Of a stretch of DNA of 61,785 nt, positions 39,487-47,589 are shown piece after piece. Under the pieces are notes generated by a model, which was not told the DNA's origin, made no database searches, and saw nothing but the letters and a program-made list of their open reading frames with translations. The DNA lies in assembly GCA_044224875.1 (NCBI GenBank), contig JBGAJQ010000026.1:1-61785 (forward strand). Direction: 5' to 3'. Made by a program: the position numbers and the translations under genes. Source of the stretch: Gemmatimonadaceae bacterium (GTDB lineage: Bacteria; Gemmatimonadota; Gemmatimonadetes; Gemmatimonadales; Gemmatimonadaceae). The first letter of the stretch is position 1. Each line of letters opens with the position of its first letter.

Positions 39487-41135
39487 CGGAGGGGAGCAGC
39501 AGCACCGCCAGTCGCCTATGGTCGCTGGCACCCGATGCCCCCCTGGCGGAGTCGGGTCAGCCCGGCCTGCGCGTCGCACCGATGGCGCTGGCCGCGCTCA
39601 CCGCGCTCTGTGTGGTGATGTCGATCGGGTCGTGGCCGGTCGGCGTCTTCCAGGACGATGGCATCTACATGGTGCTGGCGAAGTCGCTGGCCACGGGCGA
39701 AGGCTATCGCTTCCTGCAGATGCCCGGGTCGCCTAACGCCACGCACTACCCACCGCTCTATCCCGCCTTCCTCTCGGTCCTGTGGCGCATCTGGCCGCAG
39801 TTCCCGGAGAACGTCGTGCTCTTCAAGTACGCTAATGCGGTGTGGCTGTCGGTCGCCGCGGTAGGGACGTATCGCTTCGTGAAACAGTGGGGCGGCCTGG
39901 GTGAAGCGGCGGCGATCGCCACCACCGTCGCCTTTGTCAGCTGCGCACCGCTGATGTTGCTGACGGTCATGGTGCTGTCCGAGCCGATGTTCCTGGCGCT
40001 CATGATTCCCACCCTGGTGGTGGCCGAACGCGCGACCCGGAGTGGTACCTGGCGGGATGCGGCCGTCGCCGGATTCGCCATTGGCGCCTTGTCGATGGTC
40101 CGATCGCTCGGCATCCTCATCGCGCCCGCCACGTTGCTGGTGCTCGTGTGGCAGCGGCGCTGGCGTTCCGCGGCAGTATTGGGGCTGGCGACGGCAATGA
40201 CGGTCGCGCCGTGGCAATGGTGGGTGGCCGCGCATGCCCACGAGGTCCCGTCGATCTACCTCGGAAAGTACGGTTCATACTTTGGCTGGTGGACCAATGC
40301 GATCGCCACGGAAGGGATGGCGTGGGTCGGTCGCGTGGCCATGCACAACCTGCGCATGCTGACCGAACAGGGATGGGCGTCCACCGCGAGTGAGTCGATG
40401 CCCCTGACGGTGCGGGTGCTCACCACGATGTCGCTCGCGGTCTTCTTTCTCGGCGGGCTGCTGCGGATGTTTCGCCGCCTGCCGGCGACCGCACTGTTCG
40501 TGACCGGGTACTTTCTGATGGTCGTGGTGTGGCCCTTTGCGCCGGCGCGCTTCACGTGGGGCGTGTGGCCGTTGGTCGGACTGTGCTACGCACTCTCCGT
40601 GCAATGGGTGTGGCAGCTCGGCCGGCACGCAGGCGGTGGTCAGCTCAAACTTCGCATGCTTGGCGTCGCCCGCTATGCCTTTACCGGAGTGGCGGCGGCC
40701 CTGCTGGTCGGCTACATCGGGTATAACGTCAAGGGCGTGACCCATCATTGGTGGGACACGGTGCAGCAGAGTGTCGCTGATCGTGCGCACCCGCTGGCCG
40801 AGTGGACGTTGGCTAACACGAAACCCACTGACATCCTGGCCACCGACGACGACGTCCTGATCCACCTGTACACCGGCCGTCGCACCATACCCACGGGGGC
40901 CTTTACCGCACAGGAACACGTTGTCCCCCAGACCAAGGCTTTCGCGTCGGCAAACCTCCGCACGATCCTGCACACGTTCCCGGTGGACTGGGTGATGGCA
41001 TCCACGGAGTACGGCACGTACGCGGTGAATGGACTGATTGTGGAACGACCGCCGGAAATCCGAATCGTGGCGGTCCTGAAGACCGGCGCCGTGTTCGCCC
41101 CGACGGCGCTTGGCCGTCCCAACGCGCGGCCGTGA
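39483..41135 (+). CDS. Polytopic GT-C-fold (PMT/ArnT-like) glycosyltransferase, paralogue 1
   Basis: GTGA overlap with pilR. First-loop acidic motif 'FQDDGIYMVLAKSLATGEGY', 'HYPPLYP', 'LSEPMF', many TMs and a soluble C-domain. Confidence 0.7.
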   Translation: MTEGSSSTASRLWSLAPDAPLAESGQPGLRVAPMALAALTALCVVMSIGSWPVGVFQDDGIYMVLAKSLATGEGYRFLQMPGSPNATHYPPLYPAFLSVLWRIWPQFPENVVLFKYANAVWLSVAAVGTYRFVKQWGGLGEAAAIATTVAFVSCAPLMLLTVMVLSEPMFLALMIPTLVVAERATRSGTWRDAAVAGFAIGALSMVRSLGILIAPATLLVLVWQRRWRSAAVLGLATAMTVAPWQWWVAAHAHEVPSIYLGKYGSYFGWWTNAIATEGMAWVGRVAMHNLRMLTEQGWASTASESMPLTVRVLTTMSLAVFFLGGLLRMFRRLPATALFVTGYFLMVVVWPFAPARFTWGVWPLVGLCYALSVQWVWQLGRHAGGGQLKLRMLGVARYAFTGVAAALLVGYIGYNVKGVTHHWWDTVQQSVADRAHPLAEWTLANTKPTDILATDDDVLIHLYTGRRTIPTGAFTAQEHVVPQTKAFASANLRTILHTFPVDWVMASTEYGTYAVNGLIVERPPEIRIVAVLKTGAVFAPTALGRPNARP

Positions 41136-42694
41136 ACGCGCACCAGTGGGACGACCACGACCGGGTCGTTCGGGTGGCGCTGTGCGCCGTGGTGCTGCTG
41201 GCGGCGATCCTGACGGTCACGCCGTGGCCGGTGGGGGCCTTCCAGGATGACGCCATCTACACGGTACTGGCCAAGTCATTGGCAACAGGGAAGGGTTACC
41301 GACTGTTGAATCTGCCGGGAGAGCCTAACGCCACGCACTACCCGCCAGGGTATCCGATGGTGCTGGCGCTGTTGTGGCGTTTGTGGCCCTCGTTTCCCGA
41401 CAACATCGTGCTCTTCAAGTTCGCCAATGCGGCGTTCCTGTCTGGGGCCGCGCTGGCAACGTATACGTTCTCGCGGCGCCGCCTCGCGTGGACGGTTCCG
41501 GGCGCTGCCCTGCTGTCATTGGCGGGGACTGCGTCAATCGTTGTATTGCTCATCACCGGGGTGGTGCTGTCGGAACCGCTGTTCATGGCCCTCCTGATGG
41601 CGACGCTCTTGTTCACGGAGGACGTGGTGGAGCGGCCGACCGCCGGTCGCGCCTTCTCCGCGGGACTCGCTCTGGGAATCCTGGCGTTGGTGCGAACGAT
41701 CGGCATTGCGGCGTTGCCGGCGGCGCTGTTGGCGCTCGTCGCCCGACGCCATTGGCGGCCGATGGTCCCACTGATCGCGGGCGCCTTGGTCTGCCTGATA
41801 CCGTGGCAGCTGTGGGTGGGCGCCCACGCGTCCGAAGTTGCTCCCGTGCTCACCGGGAAATTCGGGGCGTACACGCCATGGCTCGTTGACGGCTATCGAT
41901 CGGGTGGTGTGCCATTCCTGCGCGAGGTGCTGACCGCGAACCTCCAGAGCCTGGACGGGATGTTCAGCTTTGCGTTCATGCCAGTGGCCGCTGTGGCGCC
42001 CCGCGGGGTGGCGTTCGTGGCCATCCTGCTCTTGGGGGCCGCCGGTACCGCCATGCTCGTTAGGCGTGCCCCGGTTACCGCTGGGTTCCTGGTGGTGTAC
42101 GTGGGCATCTCCCTTGTCTGGCCGTTCGAGCCCACACGCTTCTTCCTCGCCATCTGGCCGCTCGTTCTTCTGGCGATCGCGACCCCGGTACGCTGGCTGT
42201 GGCAGTGGCGCCCGGTTGGGGCGCCCCCGCGTGCTGTGCGCGGGCTGGGGCTGGCCGGCGCACTCGCCCTGCTGGTCGGCTTTGGGACGTACAACGCACG
42301 CGGGTTCCGGGGTCAATGGTGGACCTCTATCCAGCGGGATGCCGGGCAACGGGCCAAGCCAATCGCGGAGTGGATCGCGCGCAACACCCATCCGGGAGAC
42401 GTCCTCGCCACGGAAGACGACCTGATCATCTACCTGTACACGGGCCGCCAAGCCCTTCCCACGTCTACGTTTCTCGCTTCCGAGCGTGTTCGTCCACTCA
42501 CGGAAGGGGAAGATCTTGCCGCGGTGCGTGCGATTCTTGCATCGTACCGGCCGCGGTTCTTTATCACCGCTTCCAAGCAAGGTATTCGATCGGCTACGGC
42601 CCTAACGCAGGCAACCCCGCCTGAGTTGCGACCCTACTCCGGAATTCCCAACGCGTTGATCTTCGAACGAGTGGACACACCCCCCTCCCGATGA
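41132..42694 (+). CDS. Polytopic GT-C-fold glycosyltransferase, paralogue 2
   Basis: Colinear with paralogue 1: 'FQDDAIYTVLAKSLATGKGY', 'PNATHYPP', 'VLFKFANA', 'LSEPLF' and 'LYTGR'. Confidence 0.7.
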   Translation: MNAHQWDDHDRVVRVALCAVVLLAAILTVTPWPVGAFQDDAIYTVLAKSLATGKGYRLLNLPGEPNATHYPPGYPMVLALLWRLWPSFPDNIVLFKFANAAFLSGAALATYTFSRRRLAWTVPGAALLSLAGTASIVVLLITGVVLSEPLFMALLMATLLFTEDVVERPTAGRAFSAGLALGILALVRTIGIAALPAALLALVARRHWRPMVPLIAGALVCLIPWQLWVGAHASEVAPVLTGKFGAYTPWLVDGYRSGGVPFLREVLTANLQSLDGMFSFAFMPVAAVAPRGVAFVAILLLGAAGTAMLVRRAPVTAGFLVVYVGISLVWPFEPTRFFLAIWPLVLLAIATPVRWLWQWRPVGAPPRAVRGLGLAGALALLVGFGTYNARGFRGQWWTSIQRDAGQRAKPIAEWIARNTHPGDVLATEDDLIIYLYTGRQALPTSTFLASERVRPLTEGEDLAAVRAILASYRPRFFITASKQGIRSATALTQATPPELRPYSGIPNALIFERVDTPPSR

Positions 42695-43494
42695 ACGACT
42701 TCAATTCAGTGACGCCAACTGGATCGCAGATGATCGAAGGGCAAGTGCCGCGGTTGCGTGGCGCGACACCAATCGACCGCGCCGATGTGCGACTCTCGGT
42801 CCTGATTCCAGTCTACAACGAACGAAACACCATTCGGTTGATCCTCGACCAGGTGCATTCGGTCCCGGTGACGAAGGAAGTCATCTGCGTCAATGACTGT
42901 TCGACCGACGGCACGAAGGACATCCTCGACGTGCTCAAGGCCGAAGGGCTGATCGACGTGCTCATTCACAAGCCGCAAAACGAGGGGAAGGGCGCCGCCA
43001 TCCGCACGGCCATGCAGGCCAGCACCGGCAATGTGGTGATCGTGCAGGACGCCGATCTCGAGTACGATCCCGCCGATTGGCCCCAGCTCCTCGAACCCAT
43101 CATCCTGGGGGTGGCCGATGCCGTCTTCGGCTCACGATTCCTCAGCGGGTCGCACCGAGTGCTCTACTACTGGCACTCGATAGGCAATTGGCTGCTCACC
43201 ACCGTCAGCAACATGTTCACAAACTTGAACCTGACGGACATGGAGACCTGCTACAAGGCCATCCGCGGCGACATCGCGCGCGGGTTGGTGCTGACGTCGG
43301 ACCGTTTCGGGTTTGAGCCGGAGGTCACGGCCCGCCTGGCGCAGGCGAAGGTGCGCATTTACGAAGTGCCGATCTCGTATTCGGGCCGCACGTACGCGGA
43401 AGGGAAGAAGATCGGGTGGAAGGACGGTGTGGCGGCGTTCTGGCACATCGTGAGGTACAACATGTTCCCGCCTGTGACCCCACGCACCAAGTAA
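42691..43494 (+). CDS. GT2 glycosyltransferase (polyprenol-phosphate glycosyltransferase / DPM1-like)
   Basis: 'LSVLIPVYNE', 'NDCSTDGT', 'NEGKGAA', 'QDADLEYDP' and 'DMETCYK'. Confidence 0.9.
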   Translation: MNDFNSVTPTGSQMIEGQVPRLRGATPIDRADVRLSVLIPVYNERNTIRLILDQVHSVPVTKEVICVNDCSTDGTKDILDVLKAEGLIDVLIHKPQNEGKGAAIRTAMQASTGNVVIVQDADLEYDPADWPQLLEPIILGVADAVFGSRFLSGSHRVLYYWHSIGNWLLTTVSNMFTNLNLTDMETCYKAIRGDIARGLVLTSDRFGFEPEVTARLAQAKVRIYEVPISYSGRTYAEGKKIGWKDGVAAFWHIVRYNMFPPVTPRTK

Positions 43495-43507
43495 CTCCAC
43501 TCGTAAA

Positions 43508-43546
43508 GCAAGAGCGGGCCGAGCGTTACGCTCGGCCCGTTCTTGC
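43508..43546. terminator. Strong hairpin ending the pilS-pilR-GT operon
   Basis: 18-bp stem GCAAGAGCGGGCCGAGCG / CGCTCGGCCCGTTCTTGC with one G-U pair and a 3-nt loop. Confidence 0.75.
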
Positions 43547-43750
43547 GTCATGGAGTTGTTCGTCAGGCGAATGCGCCCTCGGAAAGGGACAGGCGCGTTG
43601 TTCGGACAGAATGGGAGAACGACACGGTTTGGACGTATGGCAGACTGCAAGACAGGGCGCAATTCACTCTCGGATTTGAGGTGTGCCAGCCGTCCGAACA
43701 TGGAGCCGAAGTCGTTGCAACAGAACTACTTCGACAGCTCGTCCCAAGTT

Positions 43751-43765
43751 TGGTCCGCACGTTGC
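43751..43765 (+). promoter_or_regulatory. Sigma-54 (-24/-12) promoter of pilA
   Basis: TGGTCCGCACGTTGC matches TGGCACGNNNNTTGC with exact GG-N10-GC spacing, about 70 nt upstream of the pilA ATG and downstream of a sigma-54 activator gene. Confidence 0.75.
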
Positions 43766-43836
43766 CTTAAGTCCGGCCGAGTCCCCTGACCTTCACCTGA
43801 TCCATCTCGTTCCTCCACGGCTACGGAGACAGCACA

Positions 43837-44244
43837 ATGCGCAACATGACACGAAAGGGCTTTACGCTGATCGAACTCCTCATCGTCGTCGTCATCATCG
43901 GTATTCTCGCGGCGATCGCGATCCCGAAGTTCGCGAACACGAAGGAGAAGGCCTATCTCGCGTCGATGAAGTCGGACCTTCGCAACATGGCGACCACCCA
44001 GGAATCGTACTTCGCCGACTACCAGGTCTACGTGTCCGGTACGGCTTCGAACAACTCCGGTGGTACGGCGTCGGTGAACGGCTTCGTTCCCTCCGCTGGC
44101 GTGACGGTGACGACGACGGCGTCGTCCGGTACGGGTTGGAGCGCGACGTCGGCGCACAGCGCGACCACCAAGACCTGCGCGATCTTCGTCGGTGTGGCGG
44201 CGGTTTCGCCGGCCACGGTCGAAGCCGAGCCAAAGTGTAACTAA
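43837..44244 (+). CDS. pilA: Type IVa major pilin
   Basis: Prepilin leader MRNMTRKG|FTLIELLIVVVIIGILAAIAIP (Glu5), GGAG RBS and a C-terminal Cys pair. Confidence 0.93.
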   Translation: MRNMTRKGFTLIELLIVVVIIGILAAIAIPKFANTKEKAYLASMKSDLRNMATTQESYFADYQVYVSGTASNNSGGTASVNGFVPSAGVTVTTTASSGTGWSATSAHSATTKTCAIFVGVAAVSPATVEAEPKCN

Positions 44245-44388
44245 AGAGTTTTCCCGGCGAGTCCTAGGCAGCGACCACTCGTTATGCAGGTGCGATCGAG
44301 TAGTCAAAGTCCTCGGGCCACCACCGCAGCACCCGAGTAGGCCCGTAACTGAACACCACCTTCTAAACGAGCAGTCGGAGACAACAAC

Positions 44389-44790
44389 ATGCGCAACATG
44401 ACTCGCAAGGGCTTCACCCTGATCGAACTCCTGATCGTCGTACACGGTCGGCATTTCGCCGTGATCGCGATCCCGAAGTTTGAACACGAAGGTGCAAGGC
44501 AATTTCGCCTCGATGAAGTCGACCTCCGCAACATGGTTACTCACGCAGGAGTCGTACTTCGCGGACTACCAGTTCACGTTTCCCGTACCGCTTCGAATTA
44601 TTCCGGTGGTACGGCGCTGGTGAACGGCTTCGTCCCGTCGGCTGGTGTGACGGTGACCACGACCGCCTCGTCGAGCACGGGCTGGAGCGCCACCCCGGCG
44701 CACAGCTGACCACCAAGACCTGCGCGATCTTCGTCGGTGGTGGCGGTTTCGCCGGCCACGGTGGAAGCCGAGCCGCCGAAGTGCAACTGA
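44389..44790 (+). pseudogene. Second, frameshifted copy of the major pilin gene (or an assembly artefact over a pilin paralogue)
   Basis: Aligns end to end with 43837-44244, with the same leader and RBS. Several small indels shift blocks out of frame, giving an in-frame TGA at 44707-44709. Confidence 0.75.
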
Positions 44791-44865
44791 AGGCAACTCA
44801 GCGCACTGCTGAACGCCTGAAGAATGGGCGACACGGTCCTCGAGACCGTCGCCCTTCGACTATTC

Positions 44866-46089
44866 ATGGCGCCTCATCCTCCATCCCCTGCCACCGGCAT
44901 CGCGCGCGAGCTGAACTGGGCCCTCGCGGCCCTGGTCGCCGTGGTACTCGCCGTTTCACTTGGCGCCCTCGTCTTCCTGGCTGGCGTTAGTGGCGCGGGC
45001 GTGCCGACCCTATGGCTTGGTGGTCTGCTCGTTGGAGCTGTCGGTGCCCTCTCCGCTGGTGTTGCCTACAAGATACGACGCGGCATTTCGCTGCCGGTCG
45101 AAGAGCTGGCCCGCGCGGCGCGGTCCGCGGCCGCCGGCGACCTGTCCCAACCGGCGAGCGAAGCAGGACCCGACGAACTGCGTGACATCGCGCTCGCCGT
45201 CAATCGTTTGGGGCGCGAACTGCGTTCGGAACGCTACCATCGCCGCAACCTCGAGAAGCTGGCCGAGGCGGGACGCCTCGCCGCAGGTATCGCCAGCGAG
45301 ATCGGCAATCCGCTCACGGCGCTCACCAGCTCCGTGGAGATCATGCGGTCGCGAGACGGCACCCCCGCGGAGCGCCGGATCCTGATCGATCGCATGGAGC
45401 ATGAGATCGCGCGCGCCGGTCGCATTGCGTCGGGGTTGGTTGACCTGGCGAAGCCTCGCGACATCGTCCCGCTGCGGGTCGATGTCAACGAGACCGCCCG
45501 GGCCGCGATGCGCCTCATCACGGAACAAGGCGTGTTGCGCCGACAGCGCGGCATGCTGCTGCTCGATCCGTCCGACCCGATCATTCACGGCAACAAGCAC
45601 GACCTCGAGCAGCTATTCGTGAACCTCCTGCTGAACGCGGTCGACGCCACGCCGCCGGACGGCAAGATCGTCATCGCAACGCATCGCATGGCGCGCGCGA
45701 AGCTGGAGGAAGGGGTGGTGCGCCGTTCCAGCGATCCACCACTGACCATCAAGCCCCGCCGTGAGGCGCCGCGAGTGCGGGAGTGGCTGCATCGCGTGCG
45801 GCCACCCGCAGAAATCGTGAGTGTCGTCGTCGCCGATTCGGGACGCGGCATTCCGCGTGAGGATTGGGACCGTGTGTTCGAGCCGTTCTTCACCACCAAG
45901 GCTCCAGGTGAGGGCACTGGTCTTGGACTCGCCGTCGTCTCCAACATCGTCGAAAGCCTGCACGGCACGATCTGGGTGGACAAGGCGCGCGAGGGCGGGG
46001 CGGGGTTCCACATCCTGTTTCCCGTGGCCGTTGGCGGGACCATAGACGACCCCAAGTCCTCACGCCTGGCAAGCCCGAGTCAGGTGTAG
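44866..46089 (+). CDS. HAMP-domain histidine-kinase-like protein lacking the phospho-acceptor His
   Basis: Two TMs and HAMP. H-box reads 'AAGIASEIGNPL'; N, G1, F and G2 boxes are intact (NLLLNA, DSGRGI, FEPFFTTK, GTGLGL). Confidence 0.85.
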   Translation: MAPHPPSPATGIARELNWALAALVAVVLAVSLGALVFLAGVSGAGVPTLWLGGLLVGAVGALSAGVAYKIRRGISLPVEELARAARSAAAGDLSQPASEAGPDELRDIALAVNRLGRELRSERYHRRNLEKLAEAGRLAAGIASEIGNPLTALTSSVEIMRSRDGTPAERRILIDRMEHEIARAGRIASGLVDLAKPRDIVPLRVDVNETARAAMRLITEQGVLRRQRGMLLLDPSDPIIHGNKHDLEQLFVNLLLNAVDATPPDGKIVIATHRMARAKLEEGVVRRSSDPPLTIKPRREAPRVREWLHRVRPPAEIVSVVVADSGRGIPREDWDRVFEPFFTTKAPGEGTGLGLAVVSNIVESLHGTIWVDKAREGGAGFHILFPVAVGGTIDDPKSSRLASPSQV

Positions 46090-46162
46090 GTGCCGTCAGC
46101 TGGTCGCGCGCAATCGTTCGCGCCGATCCGCGTAGGAACGATGAGGCCCGCCGGGACATCGA

Positions 46163-46582
46163 GTGGCATCGTGCGGCATGAAGCTGCGGCCACTCCTCCC
46201 ATCCTGCTCACCGCGCGGGGAACGTTCGTCCCCGAAGGCCCGCGCCCGTCGCTGCGGATTTTCGCTCGCTGAACTAATCGTCGCCATTACCGTACTCGTG
46301 ATTGCGGTGTTGAGTCTGGCGGCCGTGAGTGCGCGATTGCTCGCGCTGGGTCACTCTGCCATGGGCCGAAATGTCGCGGCGACCGTCACGGCGTCCCTCA
46401 TGGATTCGCTACGCGCGGTGCCGTGCCACCACATCGCCTCCGGGAGCAGTGCGGGACCGGGCACTCGCACCACGTGGACGGTGTCGGTCGGCACTTCGTC
46501 GCGCACCGTGCGCGTCACCACGACATTCACTGATCGCACGGTCCACACGATGCAAGCCGAGGGGTCGATCCCATGCGAGTGA
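46163..46582 (+). CDS. Minor pilin (PilV-like; start uncertain)
   Basis: Class III signal 'RRCG|FSLAELIVAITVLVIAVLSLA'. Confidence 0.75.
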   Translation: MASCGMKLRPLLPSCSPRGERSSPKARARRCGFSLAELIVAITVLVIAVLSLAAVSARLLALGHSAMGRNVAATVTASLMDSLRAVPCHHIASGSSAGPGTRTTWTVSVGTSSRTVRVTTTFTDRTVHTMQAEGSIPCE

Positions 46583-47589
46583 TCGAAAGACGGAGTTCCC
46601 TCCGGAGGTCAGCCGCCGCGGTCGGATGTCACGAGCCATCCGTCATGCAAAGGCCCGTTGCCTTACGGCCTCGTTCGCGCTCAGGCACCTCATTGGTGGA
46701 ACTGCTGGTCGCCATGGCACTGTTCGCCGCGTTCGGCTCCATGGTGCTCGCTCAGCTCCGTGCCAACGGTCGCGCCCTCACGGCACTAGCCGACCGCACG
46801 GATGCACGTTCGGCCCTATGGCAGGGGAGTGATGTGATCGCCACGGAGCTTCGACCTGTCTCGCCGGGGAGCGGAGACTTGCTCTTGGTCGCGGACTCCG
46901 CCGTCTGGTACCGCAGCACGGTGGCCACTGGCATCGTGTGTGGCGGTGCGTCGCCGGGCACGTGGTTCGACGTGCTTCCGGACTCCGTGGCGTCCGGCAT
47001 GCGCTTTGGGTACGGGTTGTCCGCGGCGCAGGCTGGGGACGCGTTGCAGCTGTTCGACGAGGGGGCATCGCCAGGAGCCGCCGATGATCGGTGGCTTACC
47101 CTTCTCATCGCCAGTACGGGACGCGTGCCAGGACTGTGTGCCGGTTCCCCGCAGCTGGACCCCGTCCTCGACGCTGGTGCGGCGGGGTATCGCGTCCACG
47201 TCGCTGGCGTCATTCCGGCCGGCTCGTTCGCGGGCGCCGCCCTTCGCATCCAGCGGCCCGCACGACTCGCCCTGTACCGCGCCTCCACCGCCGACTGGTG
47301 GCTGGGATGGAGCGACTGGAACGCTTCGTTAGGCGCCTGGAACGTCATTCAACCGGTGTCGGGGGCTTATCGCGCCTATGGCGCCACCCCTCGGCCCTCC
47401 GGTCTCGCGTATCGCGGGCGCGACTCCACTGGGGCACCGCTCGCCAGCCCGTCCGCGACGGCCAGCGCCGCGCTCATCGACGTTGCCCTGCGGACACAGG
47501 TGCAGACCACGCGGCTCGGCGTTGGTCCCGCGTTGGTCACCGTCTCGGACTCATTGACCGCCCGTGTGGCCGTGAGGAACCGCCAATGA
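46573..47589 (+). CDS. Minor pilin (PilW-like; start uncertain)
   Basis: 'RSRSG|TSLVELLVAMALFA' and terminal 'VAVRN'. Confidence 0.75.
   Translation: MRVIERRSSLRRSAAAVGCHEPSVMQRPVALRPRSRSGTSLVELLVAMALFAAFGSMVLAQLRANGRALTALADRTDARSALWQGSDVIATELRPVSPGSGDLLLVADSAVWYRSTVATGIVCGGASPGTWFDVLPDSVASGMRFGYGLSAAQAGDALQLFDEGASPGAADDRWLTLLIASTGRVPGLCAGSPQLDPVLDAGAAGYRVHVAGVIPAGSFAGAALRIQRPARLALYRASTADWWLGWSDWNASLGAWNVIQPVSGAYRAYGATPRPSGLAYRGRDSTGAPLASPSATASAALIDVALRTQVQTTRLGVGPALVTVSDSLTARVAVRNRQ

Noticed and set aside
43861..44031. PilA N-terminal 57 residues resemble Geobacter PilA-N (aromatics at 1, 24, 32, 50, 51, 54, 57), suggesting a conductive 'e-pilus'
   Set aside because: Position 27 is Thr and F/W/Y make up only about 8% of the 127-aa mature pilin. 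No cytochrome genes are in the window, and the e-pilus concept is itself contested.
43837..44790. Pilin duplicate as the template/variable repeat pair of a diversity-generating retroelement
   Set aside because: No reverse transcriptase is in the window, and the differences are indels and synonymous changes rather than adenine-specific substitutions.
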